The notes: generated by a model not told the origin, from the sequence alone. 64,000 bases of DNA from an uncultured Methanomassiliicoccales archaeon (GCA_963695345.1 OY968769.1:2112001-2176000); one strand, 5' to 3'; positions 31,040 through 42,225 are shown, numbered from the stretch's first letter. Numbers and translations: made by a program.

Positions 31040-31749
31040 GAATACAACACCGAGTTCTGGTATCGGGATTCCGGGTCGACGATCCCGCCGATCAATATGA
31101 GGGCGGTCTTCTCGATTCCCGCTTCCCTGGCCTTCTGGCAGATATCGCCGACCGTCCCCTTGACGACCTTCTGGTCAGGCCAAGAGGCATGGTAGACTAT
31201 GGCCGCTGGGGTGTTCCGGGGGCACATGACCTTCTCCATGATGTCCTCCATCTTGTCGGTCCCAAGGAATATGACCAGGGACTCGCCGCGGCTGGAGAGC
31301 TCGGCGATCTTGTCCGATTCCAAGGTGGCACCGGCAGGTCTCGTGACAATCAGCGTGTCGGAGACCCCCTTCAAGGTCAATTGGGTCTTGAGAGCGGCCG
31401 CCGCCGCGAACATCGACGAGACACCTGGCACTATCTCGACATCAATGCCTTTCGCCTTCAGGTCGACTATCTGTTCGACGATCGATCCGAAGATCGAAGG
31501 GTCGCCGCTGTGCAGCCTGACCACCCTCTTACCATTGGCCAAGCCTTTCACGATGGCCTCGGTGGTCTCGTCGAGGCTCATCCCCCAGCTGTCAAGCTTG
31601 AGCCCGGCCGGTGACCGGTCAACGATGACCGGGTTCACCAGGGAGCCGGCGTAGATCAGCACGTCGGCCCTCATTACCAGGTCCATTCCCTTCACCGTTA
31701 TCAGGTCAGGGTCCCCTGGACCGGCACCTACGAAATGCACCTTGTCCAT
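31036..31749 (-). CDS. cbiF: Cobalt-precorrin-4 C11-methyltransferase
   Basis: GAGPGDPDLITVKG, YAGSLV, RLHSGDPSIFG, ASWPDQ. Confidence 0.95.
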   Translation of the reverse strand: MDKVHFVGAGPGDPDLITVKGMDLVMRADVLIYAGSLVNPVIVDRSPAGLKLDSWGMSLDETTEAIVKGLANGKRVVRLHSGDPSIFGSIVEQIVDLKAKGIDVEIVPGVSSMFAAAAALKTQLTLKGVSDTLIVTRPAGATLESDKIAELSSRGESLVIFLGTDKMEDIMEKVMCPRNTPAAIVYHASWPDQKVVKGTVGDICQKAREAGIEKTALILIGGIVDPESRYQNSVLYS

Positions 31750-31751
31750 TC

Positions 31752-32364
31752 TTACCGCCTCGCGAACATTATTGAGAAGTAGTCGCTGTTCTCTGGCATG
31801 TCTGCCTCGCCGTAGATACGCTCGCCTGGCATGTAGATCCTCTCGGCCAGGAAGAATTGGTTATAGCCCCTGTTCCCGAAGCTCGTTGCACCTTTTCCCG
31901 AGGATGCCTGACCTTCAGCAGCACCATGCTCTCCGGATCGGGTCCGTCCGAGACGATGAAACCCCCGTTGATAGACAGCCCGGCCACTCGGGAGGCGAAC
32001 GCGGTGATGGAGCTTATCCCCGGCTCCACCTGGAATTCGATTTCCGGATACTTCGCCTGACATGATCTGGCAAAGCCTGGAGAAGGTGGAATAGAAGCTC
32101 GGGTCACCGATCATTCCGAAGACCGCCGTTCCCTCCCTGGCGAACGGCGCGATGATATCCGCCTGGCTCTCCAGCTTCTTCCTGATGGCATCCTCGTCAT
32201 CGGTCATCGGGAAGTCCATTATGACAGGGTCAGCATGGTCCCTTGACAAGGTCATAAGCAATCTTTCCGGGAACGAACACCTTGTCCGCCGTTCTCAGGA
32301 GGCGCACCGCCTTCAGCGTCAGCAGTTCTTTGTCGCCAGGTCCTAGTCCCAATCCGATCAGCAT
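31752..32364 (-). CDS. cbiL: Cobalt-factor II C20-methyltransferase, several apparent indels
   Basis: [51 protein letters not shown] across frames. Confidence 0.85.
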
Positions 32365-32365
32365 C

Positions 32366-32899
32366 TCAATCCCCTCCTTCCCTTCTTCCTACGATCACAA
32401 AGACCGGATCGATCGGTTTGAACATTATCGAACCAGCCAACTGGTATGACCTCGAAACCTGCACTTGGACCGCTTCTCTGAATGTCCCAAGTTTTTTCAT
32501 GGTGGACACGGCGTCCTCTAGGGTCCTTATGAGGACCGCATTTACCACCACGGTCCTTGTCTTCAGGCGATCGAGTTCCTCAAGTGTCTCCTTGAGTCCC
32601 TTGGAACCTCCCAGGAACGCCACGTCCACCGATGGGTCGGTCTTCAGGAAATCTTCAGCCCTGCAATGATGGAACTCGATGTTCCCGACCTCCGCTTTCT
32701 GCGTCTCGGCCTTGGCGCACTCTATCGCCTCAGGACGGACATCTACCGCGTAGACCTTGGAGCACAACCTAGCGGCGGCGATGCTCACTTTTCCGGTTCC
32801 GCATCCTAGATCGGCGAACACGTCCCCCTTGCGCAGCCCTGCCTTGAACAGCGAGACGGCGAGCACCTCATCTTGCGTAGGTCCCCCTCGAAGTGTCAT
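32366..32899 (-). CDS. cbiT: Cobalt-precorrin-6B C15-methyltransferase (decarboxylating)
   Basis: [33 protein letters not shown]; ATG 32899. Confidence 0.92.
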   Translation of the reverse strand: MTLRGGPTQDEVLAVSLFKAGLRKGDVFADLGCGTGKVSIAAARLCSKVYAVDVRPEAIECAKAETQKAEVGNIEFHHCRAEDFLKTDPSVDVAFLGGSKGLKETLEELDRLKTRTVVVNAVLIRTLEDAVSTMKKLGTFREAVQVQVSRSYQLAGSIMFKPIDPVFVIVGRREGGD

Positions 32900-32908
32900 T
32901 TGACCCCG

Positions 32909-32962
32909 AGTTGGATGATACGTCCAACTAATATAAAAGACTATTGGATGTATCATCCAACT
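32909..32962. promoter_or_regulatory. Two inverted copies of a TTGGA-N7-TCCAA palindrome flanking the cbi operon TATA box
   Basis: AGTTGGATGATACGTCCAACT (32909-32929) and TTGGATGTATCATCCAACT (32944-32962) around TAATATAAAA (TTTTATATTA on minus strand). Confidence 0.8.
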
Positions 32963-33118
32963 GGGTGTCCCGGTTTCGAATTTCCAAGGGTAAAATTCTC
33001 AATCCAGATGTTAGGGAATAACATTATAGAATGCTTCAAATAAGCATCCCCCTTATGTCCAATTCAAGGGGTTCGGTCCGTTCAACGGAACCGTTCGAAA
33101 GGCAGGGGGCGAACGTCG

Positions 33119-33754
33119 GTGTTACCGTTAATATTAGACACTCGCGGGAAGCGTGCCGTCGTGTTCGGGGGCGGTGAGGTCGGTCTACGCAAGGCTAGGT
33201 TCTTCGCCCGCGAGGCCGAGGTCACAGTCATCAGCCGGTCCTTTGTCCCCGGGTTCGAGACCTTGGATTCTAACATCACCAAGATCGTTTCGGAGATAGG
33301 CCCGGACCAGGAAGATCAGATCGACGAGGCTGATTTCGTCATCGTCGCCACGGAGAACCGGGAATTGAACGATCGGCTCGAGGCCAGGGCGATAAAGGCC
33401 GGGAAATACTGCAATCGGGCAGACGGGGTTTCCTCGTTCCTGATACCATCCATGGTAGAAGGACGAAATTTCATATTGGCGATCTCAACCTTGGGCAGGA
33501 GTCCGGCCATGTCCCGTTACCTCAGGGATTTTCTTGAGGAAACACTCGGTCCAGAAATGTCTGCCATGATCGACCTGCAGGAGGAACTAAGGGAAATGGC
33601 CAGGGGAATGATAGCAGACCAGGTCTCCCGGGAGAAGTTCCTCTGGAATATCCTCGAGGACAGAAGCATATGGGACGAGCTGGTCAAGGATCCCGAAAAA
33701 GCCCGGTCGATGGCGCTTGAGAAAATGGAGGCGGCACATGCAGACGATCTTTAG
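33119..33754 (+). CDS. sirC: Precorrin-2 dehydrogenase/sirohydrochlorin ferrochelatase
   Basis: MLPLILD, FGGGEVGLRK, VIVATENRELN, ISTLGRSPAM. Confidence 0.9.
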   Translation: MLPLILDTRGKRAVVFGGGEVGLRKARFFAREAEVTVISRSFVPGFETLDSNITKIVSEIGPDQEDQIDEADFVIVATENRELNDRLEARAIKAGKYCNRADGVSSFLIPSMVEGRNFILAISTLGRSPAMSRYLRDFLEETLGPEMSAMIDLQEELREMARGMIADQVSREKFLWNILEDRSIWDELVKDPEKARSMALEKMEAAHADDL

Positions 33755-35060
33755 CGCTCACATCACGCACAAGAGCGCCGGTCTCGACCAGATGGAAGCC
33801 ATCGGAGGCCAAGAACCGGTAAAGATGCTATGCGACCTCAAGGCGTTGGACGGTGTCAAGGAATGCGCCATTCTCAAGACCTGCAATCGGGTCGAGATAT
33901 ACACCGTAACGGAGGAGTACGAGACCACCAGAAAGAATGTGGAAGAGTATGTCAACGGCTTTATCCCATTCAATAACCAGGAGAACCTGGTCCAGTTCCT
34001 GACCAACATGGACAGCGTGAAGCACCTGCTCAGGGTGTCCAGCGGCCTGGAATCCATGATCATAGGTGAGGACCAGATCCAGATGCAGGTGAAGGAATCG
34101 TTCGAACTGGCCCTGCGCGAGAAATGTCTTGGACCGGTACTCTCCCTGGCGTTCAGGAAGAGCATCAGCGTCGGGAAGAAGGTAAGGACCGAGACGGGAG
34201 TGAACAAGGGTTGCGTTTCCGTCGGTTCGGCAGCCGTCGAACTGGCTGAGTCAAAACTGAAAAGCCTGCAGGGCAAGAACGTCCTGGTCATCGGAGCCGG
34301 GGAGATGGCCACGCTGATCGCCAAGCACCTGATCGGAAAAGGCCCGGAGACCGTCTTCGTTTCCAACCGCACATATTCCAGAGCCGTCGAACTGGCCTGG
34401 GCATTGAATGGAAAGGCGGTGCGTTTCGATGCGCTCAATCATTTTCTTGCCCGGTCCGATGTGGTCCTGGTCGCGACCTCGGCATCGCACATGGTCCTAG
34501 AGAAGCGCCATCTGGAGGCCGCCATGGCCCTGAGGGTACAGAAGGGTCCGATGCTGGTGATCGATGTCTCCTTCCCGAGGAATGTGGCCTTGGATATCCA
34601 GGGGGTGCCGGATGTCCAATTGTACGACATCGACGGCCTGAGGGATGTGGCCGAAGAGAACATCCTTCGTCGTAAAAGTGAAATGCGCAACGCAGAGAGG
34701 ATCATCTCCGAGGAACTGGACCTGTTGAACCGGTCGCTCGAGGAGATGAGGGCAGGTATCATGCTGAGTCGCCTCTACCGCAAGTTCAACGACATCAGGG
34801 AACGAGAGGTGGCCAAGGCGTCGAACCGTCTGGCGTCGGGGGAGGATGCGAATCAGGTGATCGATGATTTCGCCAGGTCCCTGATGAAGCGTTTCCTGGC
34901 AGACCCCACCGGCGTGATCAAGGACGCAACCAGGCAGGGGGACGAACGCCTGCTGGACATAACGAAGGAACTTTTCAAGATCGAGGGTGATGGATATGTT
35001 TCCGGAGAGCAGACCGAGGAGATTGCGGATGAATGCCACGGTACGGGAGATGGTCCGTGA
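33738..35060 (+). CDS. hemA: Glutamyl-tRNA reductase
   Basis: [43 protein letters not shown]. Confidence 0.97.
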   Translation: MQTIFSAHITHKSAGLDQMEAIGGQEPVKMLCDLKALDGVKECAILKTCNRVEIYTVTEEYETTRKNVEEYVNGFIPFNNQENLVQFLTNMDSVKHLLRVSSGLESMIIGEDQIQMQVKESFELALREKCLGPVLSLAFRKSISVGKKVRTETGVNKGCVSVGSAAVELAESKLKSLQGKNVLVIGAGEMATLIAKHLIGKGPETVFVSNRTYSRAVELAWALNGKAVRFDALNHFLARSDVVLVATSASHMVLEKRHLEAAMALRVQKGPMLVIDVSFPRNVALDIQGVPDVQLYDIDGLRDVAEENILRRKSEMRNAERIISEELDLLNRSLEEMRAGIMLSRLYRKFNDIREREVAKASNRLASGEDANQVIDDFARSLMKRFLADPTGVIKDATRQGDERLLDITKELFKIEGDGYVSGEQTEEIADECHGTGDGP

Positions 35061-35970
35061 GACCAGGCTGTCAACGAAGGACCTGATAAGCCCGATGTTC
35101 GTGGACGAGAACATCATCAAGCCTAGGGAGATCCAGTCGATGCCTGGGATATTCAACCTCCCGATCGACCGGGTCGCCGGAGAAGCTGATGAGATCTCAA
35201 TACTTGGCATACCGGCTGTACTATTGTTCGGCTTACCGAAGCAAAAGGATGAAGAAGGCAGCGAGGCCTGGAGCTCCACGGGCATCGTCCAGAGGGCCAT
35301 CCGGGAGATCAAGAAGGGATCCAATGTGGCGGTGATAGCCGACCTTTGCCTCTGCGAGTACACATCACACGGTCATTGCGGAGAAGTGAGGGACGGCATG
35401 GTGCTGAACGACAAAACCATCGACCTGTACGGCCGCATCGCGGTCGCCCAAGCGACGGCCGGTGCCGATATGGTCGCGCCCAGCGGAATGATGGACGGCC
35501 AGGTTTCGGCGATCCGCAGGGCCTTGGACGAGGCGGGGTTCGAGAACGTTCCGATCATGTCCTATTCGGCCAAGTACGCTTCCGCCTTCTACGGCCCGTT
35601 CCGCGACGCCGTCCAATCGGCCCCACAGTTCGGGGACCGAAGGACGCACCAGATGGACCCTGGAAACGCACGTGAAGCGTTGCGGGAGATGGAGGAGGAC
35701 CTGAGGGAGGGCGCGGACATATTGATGGTCAAGCCCGCCCTGGCCTATCTTGACATAATCATGGAGGCGAGGGCGAGGTTCGACGCCCCAATCGCCGCAT
35801 ACAACGTGTCCGGGGAGTATTCGATGATCAAGGCTGCAGCCAGTAATGGCTGGATAGACCACGACCGGGCGATGATGGAATCATTGATATCGATCAGACG
35901 GGCCGGTGCCGATATGATAATCACGTATTTTGCCAAGGAGGCTGCGAAGTTGATCAGGGAGCGGTTACTG
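34990..35970 (+). CDS. hemB: Porphobilinogen synthase (reads in frame into hemL in this sequence)
   Basis: [50 protein letters not shown]. Confidence 0.95.
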
Positions 35971-37252
35971 ATGAACGAGAGGAAGAATTCCGAGGCGTTG
36001 TTCGAACAGGCCAAGAAGCTTATCCCAGGTGGTGTCTCCAGCCCGGTCCGAGCCTTCCAGCCCTACCCTTGTTACATCAGGAGCGGGAAAGGAAGCAGGA
36101 TCACCGACGTTGACGACAACGAGTACATCGACTATTGCATGGCCTATGGTCCCCTGATCCTCGGCCACGCCAACCCGAAGGTCATCAACGCCATCAAATC
36201 CCAGGCCGACCTGGGCACACTCTACGGAGCGCCGATCGAGATGGAGGTGGAATATGCCCGCCTGATCAACAGCTACTATCCATCCATGGAGATGATGCGG
36301 TTCGTCAACTCCGGAACCGAGGCAACGATGCATGCCATCCGTTTGGCCCGGGGGTATACCGGACGCAGGAAGATCATCAAGGTCGAAGGGGCGTTCCACG
36401 GTTCACACGATGCCGTGCTGGTCAAGGCCGGCTCAGGCGCCACGACTCATTCCATGCCCGATTCCGCGGGGGTCCCGGAAGAGGTGACGAAGAACACGTT
36501 GATCGTTCCGTACAACGATCCTGAAGCCGTACTCAGGACGATCCGTGAGAACAAGGGCGAGGTGGCGGCGATGATACTGGAACCGGTCATCGGCAACGCC
36601 GGTCCGATCCTGCCCAGGGAAGGGTATCTTGAGCGGCTTCGGGAGATCGCCACCGCCGAGGACGTCCTCTTGATCTTCGACGAGGTCATCACCGGATTCA
36701 GGCTGGCCATGGGCGGTGCCCAGGAATATTTCGGCGTCAGGCCGGACATCACGACCCTGGGAAAGATAGCCGGCGGCGGAATGCCCATAGGGATATTCGG
36801 AGCCTCGGAGGAGATCATGAGCAAGATCTCACCATCTGGCAATGTCTACCAGGCAGGAACCTTCAGCGGCAATCCCATGTCCCTAGCGGCGGGGATCGAA
36901 ACGGTCAAGGAGCTGGCCTGCCAGGGGCACGAGTCCTTGGATGCCAAGGGCGAGCGGATGAGGCAGGGGCTGGAGGGGATCCTCAACGAGTTCCATGTGC
37001 GGTACCGGGTGTCGGGCATCGGCTCCATGTTCCAGGTGTTCTTCACCACCGGGGGACGTGGCCAACTATCAGGATGCCAAGAGGAGCGACTCCGTCCTGT
37101 TCATGAAGGTGTTCCACAAAATGCTGGAGAACGGCATCTATCTCCCTCCCTCCCAGTTCGAGACGAACTTCATCTCCACAGCGCACACTGAATCGGACAT
37201 CGATGACACCGTGAACGCTTTCGCCATTTCGTTGGGAGAGGTGACCAAATGA
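35971..37252 (+). CDS. hemL: Glutamate-1-semialdehyde 2,1-aminomutase, apparent frameshift near 37051
   Basis: [42 protein letters not shown] in second frame. Confidence 0.95.
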
Positions 37253-38130
37253 TACTGGGAACAAGGGGAAGCAGGCTGGCGTTGGCACAATCCGATATGG
37301 TCCTCAAGCTGATGAAGGAGAAGTTCCCGGCCGAGCCGGTGGAACTGAAGATCATATCCACCGTCGGCGACCGTGTGCACGATCAGCCCCTGGCGACCCT
37401 GGGCGGCTTCGGAGCCTTCGTCAAGGAACTGGATAACAAGATCCTCTCGGGAGAGATCGACATCGCCGTGAACAGCCTGAAGGACATGCCGGTGGTGCCG
37501 ACGGAAGGCACCGAGATCGTCGCGATCCTGCCCCGCGGGAACGTCGAGGACGTGCTGGTCTCCACCGTTCCACTCGAACGTATGCGGCCAGGATCGGTCA
37601 TCGGCACATCGAGCGTGAGGCGTCGCTGCCTCCTCCTGAACCTCCGGCCCGACCTGGTGGTCAAGGACCTCAGGGGGAACGTCCCGACCAGGGTGGACAA
37701 GATGAAGGACGGCTCTTTTGACGGCATACTCCTCGCCCGGGCAGGCATCGAGAGGCTGAACCTCGACTGCATGATGTATGTCCTGGACCCGGAGCAGTTC
37801 GTTCCCGCCGTGGGGCAGGGGGCGATCGCCATCGTCTGCAGGACAGGTTCTCCCTACGCCAAAATGCTGGCCACCTTCGACGACGCGGAGACGAGGGTAT
37901 GCGTGGAGGCCGAACGGTACCTGATGAGGTCCATGGGGGGCGGTTGCTCTATCCCCATCGGCATCTGGGCGACCAAGAACGGTGAGACTCTGCGTATCCG
38001 GGCAATCGTGCTGGACTCGGACGGCATGACCTCGTTCCGGCTGGACCGGTCGATCGACTTGGAACATCTTCAAGAGAGGTTGGATGAGCTTTCAAAGGAA
38101 CTCCTGTACGCGTGGGAGCTGGTGAAATGA
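37249..38130 (+). CDS. hemC: Hydroxymethylbilane synthase
   Basis: GTRGSRLALAQ, FVKELD, SLKDMP, GTSSVRR, LRGNV.TR, GGCSIPI. Confidence 0.97.
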   Translation: MILGTRGSRLALAQSDMVLKLMKEKFPAEPVELKIISTVGDRVHDQPLATLGGFGAFVKELDNKILSGEIDIAVNSLKDMPVVPTEGTEIVAILPRGNVEDVLVSTVPLERMRPGSVIGTSSVRRRCLLLNLRPDLVVKDLRGNVPTRVDKMKDGSFDGILLARAGIERLNLDCMMYVLDPEQFVPAVGQGAIAIVCRTGSPYAKMLATFDDAETRVCVEAERYLMRSMGGGCSIPIGIWATKNGETLRIRAIVLDSDGMTSFRLDRSIDLEHLQERLDELSKELLYAWELVK

Positions 38131-38876
38131 TGCCCAAGGGCGAGGTCTACCTGGTCGGGGCGGGTCCAGGCGACATCGAGCTGATAACCGTCAAGGGAAT
38201 GCGACTGATACGTGAGGCAGAGGTCATCGTCTACGACTCGCTGATCGGAATGGAACTGTTGGATTCCGCCCGGCCCGGTGTCGAAATGATCGATGTGGGG
38301 AAGCGCGGCTCATACCATAAGGCCGAACAAGATGAGATTAACCAGATCCTTGTCGAAAAGGCCAAGGAAGGGAAAATGGTCGTCCGATTGAAGGGCGGCG
38401 ATTCATTTCTGTTCGGCAGGGGCGGAGAGGAGGCGGAGGCGCTCAGGGCGGCTGGGATGACGGTCCATGTGGTGCCCGGTGTATCCTCTTCCCTCTCCGT
38501 ACCGGCGCTCTCCGGGATCCCGGTCACCCACCGGGACATGGCCTCGATGGTCACCATCGTGACCGGCCACGAATCGGCCATGAAGGACTCGGAGGTTCTG
38601 GACTGGAGCAACCTGGCAAAGCTCGGCGGGACCATCGTCATCATGATGGGAATGTCCAACCTGGCAAAGAACATGGAGCGCCTGGTGTCTGGGGGAATCG
38701 ACCCGCACACTCCGGTGACGGTGATCGAGAAGGGAAGCACTCCGGAGCAGAGGGTGGTCTCGGCCGAGATAACGAAGATTGCAGGGGAATGCAAGACCGA
38801 AGGCATCTCCTCCCCGGCGGTCATCGTCGTCGGCAAGGTAGCATCCCTGTACAAGACCCTGGGGGACCTCAGTTGA
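38127..38876 (+). CDS. cobA: Uroporphyrinogen-III C-methyltransferase
   Basis: VGAGPGD.ELITVKG, RLKGGD.FLFGRGGEE, GIPVTHR, VTGH. Confidence 0.96.
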   Translation: MMPKGEVYLVGAGPGDIELITVKGMRLIREAEVIVYDSLIGMELLDSARPGVEMIDVGKRGSYHKAEQDEINQILVEKAKEGKMVVRLKGGDSFLFGRGGEEAEALRAAGMTVHVVPGVSSSLSVPALSGIPVTHRDMASMVTIVTGHESAMKDSEVLDWSNLAKLGGTIVIMMGMSNLAKNMERLVSGGIDPHTPVTVIEKGSTPEQRVVSAEITKIAGECKTEGISSPAVIVVGKVASLYKTLGDLS

Positions 38877-39664
38877 CCACGATAGCCATCCTCAGACCTA
38901 CCGACAGGCAGGAGGAATCGGTGGAATTGGCGCAGAAGATGGGCTTCGACACGGTCTTCGCTTCTCCGATCGACCTCAAGACAAACGACTCACCCGAGTT
39001 CGTCGAGTTCCTCCAGGGCCTGGCGAACGGCGATGTCGATGTCGTGATACTTACGTCATCAACGGCGGTGAAATCGACTTTCGAACTGGCCAGGAAGCAT
39101 GGGCAGGTGGAAGAGCTCAGTCGGGGGCTGCGGCAGGTCAAAGTGATCGCCATCGGTCCAATTACCGCCCGGACGGCCGAGGCCGAGTGGATCAAAGTGG
39201 ATACGTTGCCCGAGAAGTTCACCTCGGAAGGTCTGGTGCAGCTGCTCTCCAGGAAAAGCATGGCAGGCATGCAGGTGTCCATACTGAGGTCCGATCAGGG
39301 TTCCGACGTTCTGAGAAAGGGCCTCGCCGGTCTTGGAGCAATGGTGAAAGAGATCGAGGTGTACAGGCTAACCAAGATCAAGACCGGAAGGCCATTGCTG
39401 GACATGTTCTACAAGGGCATCCGGGGCGACATCGACGTGTTCGCGTTCACCAGCTCGATGTCGGCCAAGTCGTTCATCGATGAGGCTCGGAAGCATTACA
39501 CCGATGAGGAGGTCGACGATATGCTCGATTGCGCGATCATTGCGGCCATCGGGGAACCCACCAAGAATACCCTCGAGGACATGGGGGTCAGGGTCGACGT
39601 CATGCCGGAGAAGGCGACGTTCGAGGACCTTCTGACGGCGGTCAAGATGTCCCTCGGCAATTGA
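38873..39664 (+). CDS. hemD: Uroporphyrinogen-III synthase
   Basis: LTSSTAV, AIGPITA, EVY, FTSSMSA, AIGEPT; TTG start overlapping cobA stop. Confidence 0.92.
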   Translation: MTTIAILRPTDRQEESVELAQKMGFDTVFASPIDLKTNDSPEFVEFLQGLANGDVDVVILTSSTAVKSTFELARKHGQVEELSRGLRQVKVIAIGPITARTAEAEWIKVDTLPEKFTSEGLVQLLSRKSMAGMQVSILRSDQGSDVLRKGLAGLGAMVKEIEVYRLTKIKTGRPLLDMFYKGIRGDIDVFAFTSSMSAKSFIDEARKHYTDEEVDDMLDCAIIAAIGEPTKNTLEDMGVRVDVMPEKATFEDLLTAVKMSLGN

Positions 39665-39673
39665 TACGCCGGT

Positions 39674-40489
39674 CTACTTTTTTCTCTCCCTTAGCAGTAT
39701 CTCCAGCGCTTCGTCGACCGTTAGCGGGGGTTCGAACCCCACGCCGGTGAGGTCACCCCATTTCGACATGAGCCTGGAGAAGGATGGCAGCTCGAGGCGG
39801 GCCTCGTGGAGCACCTTCCTATCGGCAATGAGCGAACGGAAGTTACCGTCGAAGATCTTGCTGCGCTTCAGCACGATCACCCGGTCGGTCAGCTCGAAGG
39901 CGACGGAAAGGTCATGGGTGGCCAGGACGATGGTCTGGTCAAGGGAGTCCAGTACCTTCACCAGATCGCGGCGGCCCTGGGGGTCGAGGTTCGCCGTCGG
40001 TTCGTCCATCAGCAATGTCGGCGGGGACATGGCCAGCAGTCCGGCGATGGCCACCCTTTTCTTTTCCCCGGTGGAAAGCCGGTGCGGCACCCTGTCCCCG
40101 TAGCCCTCCACTCCGGCCAGCTCCATAGCTTTCGTTGCCCTTTGTCTGACATCGACCTCTTCCAGGCCCATGTTGATCGGACCAAAGGTCACATCCTCGT
40201 ACACCGTGGGCATGAATATCTGGTCATCAGGGTCCTGGAACAGCAGGCCGACCCCGCGGCGGGCAGCGGCCGCCGTCCTCCTGGTCAGTTCCACCCCGTT
40301 TATCCAAGCCTTGCCGGACGTGGGAACGAAAAGACCGGCCATGATATGGAGCAAGGTGCTCTTGCCCGCGCCGTTCGGCCCCACCAGGGCTACCCGTTCG
40401 CCCTTTTCTATCTCCAGGTCGATGTTCTCAATGGCGACATCAGCCTCCGGATACCGGTAAAGGACGTTCTCGAGCTTCAGTATGGCCAT
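39674..40489 (-). CDS. Ni/Co ECF transporter ATPase (NikO/CbiO)
   Basis: GPNGAGKST, FQDPDDQIF, LSTGEKKRVAIAG. Confidence 0.9.
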   Translation of the reverse strand: MAILKLENVLYRYPEADVAIENIDLEIEKGERVALVGPNGAGKSTLLHIMAGLFVPTSGKAWINGVELTRRTAAAARRGVGLLFQDPDDQIFMPTVYEDVTFGPINMGLEEVDVRQRATKAMELAGVEGYGDRVPHRLSTGEKKRVAIAGLLAMSPPTLLMDEPTANLDPQGRRDLVKVLDSLDQTIVLATHDLSVAFELTDRVIVLKRSKIFDGNFRSLIADRKVLHEARLELPSFSRLMSKWGDLTGVGFEPPLTVDEALEILLRERKK

Positions 40490-41214
40490 GCGATCACTCC
40501 ATTCTGCATCGCGATCGAGACAAGAACCGTGATCCCGAACACCAGGGCAAGGACGCCGTCCCTGGCATGCACCCGCGGTCTCCTCAGGGTGCGCACCTCG
40601 CCGTCATATCCTCGCATGAGCAATGCATCGAACATATCGGATCCTCTCTGGTTCGATCTGACGAAGATCATTCCTATGCTGCTCGAAATTGTCCTGAACG
40701 CCTGTTGTTCGAAAAGGTGTCTGCCTCCGGAGAAGCCCCTGGCCTTCCGCGCCATCTTCATCCTGGCGGCCTCGTCCTGCAGCACGAAGATGAACCGGTA
40801 GGTGAACAGCATCAGGTTGGTCAGTATCTTGGGCATCCTGAACCACCGGAACGCGCCCATCAGCTCGAAGAACGGGGTGGTGGTGGTCAACAGGACCAGC
40901 GCCAGGACCGAGGCGGAGACGCGGATGAACATCATCTCGGCGTTGCTCAGCGTGGATGTGAAAGCCAAGGCCAGCGAGGCCACGAAGATGAAGGGGAGGG
41001 CCAGCAGGTAACCGTCAAGAACATGTCGGCCGGGGACCCTGGATATGGCCAACATGGAGACTACGAAGATCAGGATCACCAGCAATGATAGGATGTCCCT
41101 GAGGAAAGCGGCGGTGACGACCAATACGATCGTCGAGACCAGCTTCACCCGGGCGTCGAAAAGGAAGAACCTCGACCCCTTTGCGAATCGGTCCATCTCA
41201 TCGTGGTGGGACAA
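40477..41214 (-). CDS. Ni/Co ECF transporter T component (NikQ/CbiQ)
   Basis: DARVKL, TTTTPF, FTYRFIFVL, ARKARGF, ALLMRGY. Confidence 0.9.
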   Translation of the reverse strand: MSHHDEMDRFAKGSRFFLFDARVKLVSTIVLVVTAAFLRDILSLLVILIFVVSMLAISRVPGRHVLDGYLLALPFIFVASLALAFTSTLSNAEMMFIRVSASVLALVLLTTTTPFFELMGAFRWFRMPKILTNLMLFTYRFIFVLQDEAARMKMARKARGFSGGRHLFEQQAFRTISSSIGMIFVRSNQRGSDMFDALLMRGYDGEVRTLRRPRVHARDGVLALVFGITVLVSIAMQNGVIAWPY

Positions 41215-41262
41215 GGCGCTTCATCCTGATTCAGGTCATGGATAAATGGTTTGCCTCTGAGT

Positions 41263-42225
41263 TCAGAGGGCATCTCGGGCTGGCGGCGCTTCCTTCTTGC
41301 TGGAACGTCCCTTCGCCCTCCAGTATAGGAGGACCAGGCCGACGGTGATCGAGAACCCTACCAATCCTGCCACCAGCGCAGCGAAGTAGCTGTCCCCATA
41401 GCTCATCAGACCGGTGAAGACCGGAGCGACCTCGTTCAGACCTGCCTTTTCCATGGTGACCTCGAGACCGTCCCCGTAGGCGGCTGAGAAGGCGAAGAAA
41501 CCGACCAGCCCCACCGAGAAGGCCAAGATCAGGCCGAACGCCGCCCTTGCCAATCCTTTGGCCTTCACCGGTGACGCACCATCAAGCCCATGCCGGAACC
41601 GGAGCGTACCGGGCGAAACCTTCGCCAGATAGAGGACCACACCGGCCGTGATGGTCGCCTCCCCTATGCCGATAAGCACATGGTACAGGAACATCGCCGG
41701 GACCGCTATTCCGGCCGTGATCCCGTAGGCCCCGCCCGAGAGGACAAAGCTCAGCGAGAGCTCGAGCGCGGCGATGAGGGCCGCTATGACCACCGAAAGC
41801 CACGCCCCAAATGCGATGCCGACCTTCTCGAACCTGCCGGAGAACGTCCTCAGGGCAGCCCAGGTGATCAGCGGGGCGACAACGGCCATGTTGAGAAGGT
41901 TGATGCCCAGCGCCGTTATGCCGCCGTCCCCGAAAACGAAGCATTGAATGATCAGGATGGTAGTTATCACGGCCATGGCCGCCGCCGGGCCAAGGAGGAT
42001 GACCGCCAATGCGGCGCCTATCAGGTGGCCGGTGGTTCCTCCGCCTACCGGGAAGTTCAACATCTGGGCGATGAAAATGCCACCTGCCAGGACGGCCATG
42101 AACGGTATCAGGCGTTCATCCATGCCCCGGTTCAATTTCCGGATGGCCAAGGCGATGGCGGGGACTGCGATCAGCCAACCGATGATCAGGACCTCCGGCG
42201 ACATCAGACCGTCAGGGATGTGCAT
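41263..42225 (-). CDS. nikM: Nickel-type ECF S component, NikM fused to NikN-like domain
   Basis: MHIPDG N-terminus, GGTTGHLIG, GDGGITALG, C-terminal GDGLE (PDGLE-like) segment. Confidence 0.85.
   Translation of the reverse strand: MHIPDGLMSPEVLIIGWLIAVPAIALAIRKLNRGMDERLIPFMAVLAGGIFIAQMLNFPVGGGTTGHLIGAALAVILLGPAAAMAVITTILIIQCFVFGDGGITALGINLLNMAVVAPLITWAALRTFSGRFEKVGIAFGAWLSVVIAALIAALELSLSFVLSGGAYGITAGIAVPAMFLYHVLIGIGEATITAGVVLYLAKVSPGTLRFRHGLDGASPVKAKGLARAAFGLILAFSVGLVGFFAFSAAYGDGLEVTMEKAGLNEVAPVFTGLMSYGDSYFAALVAGLVGFSITVGLVLLYWRAKGRSSKKEAPPARDAL

Noticed and set aside
39725-39745. GGTTCGAACCCC as a tRNA T-arm
   Set aside because: Lies inside the ECF ATPase CDS; no cloverleaf.
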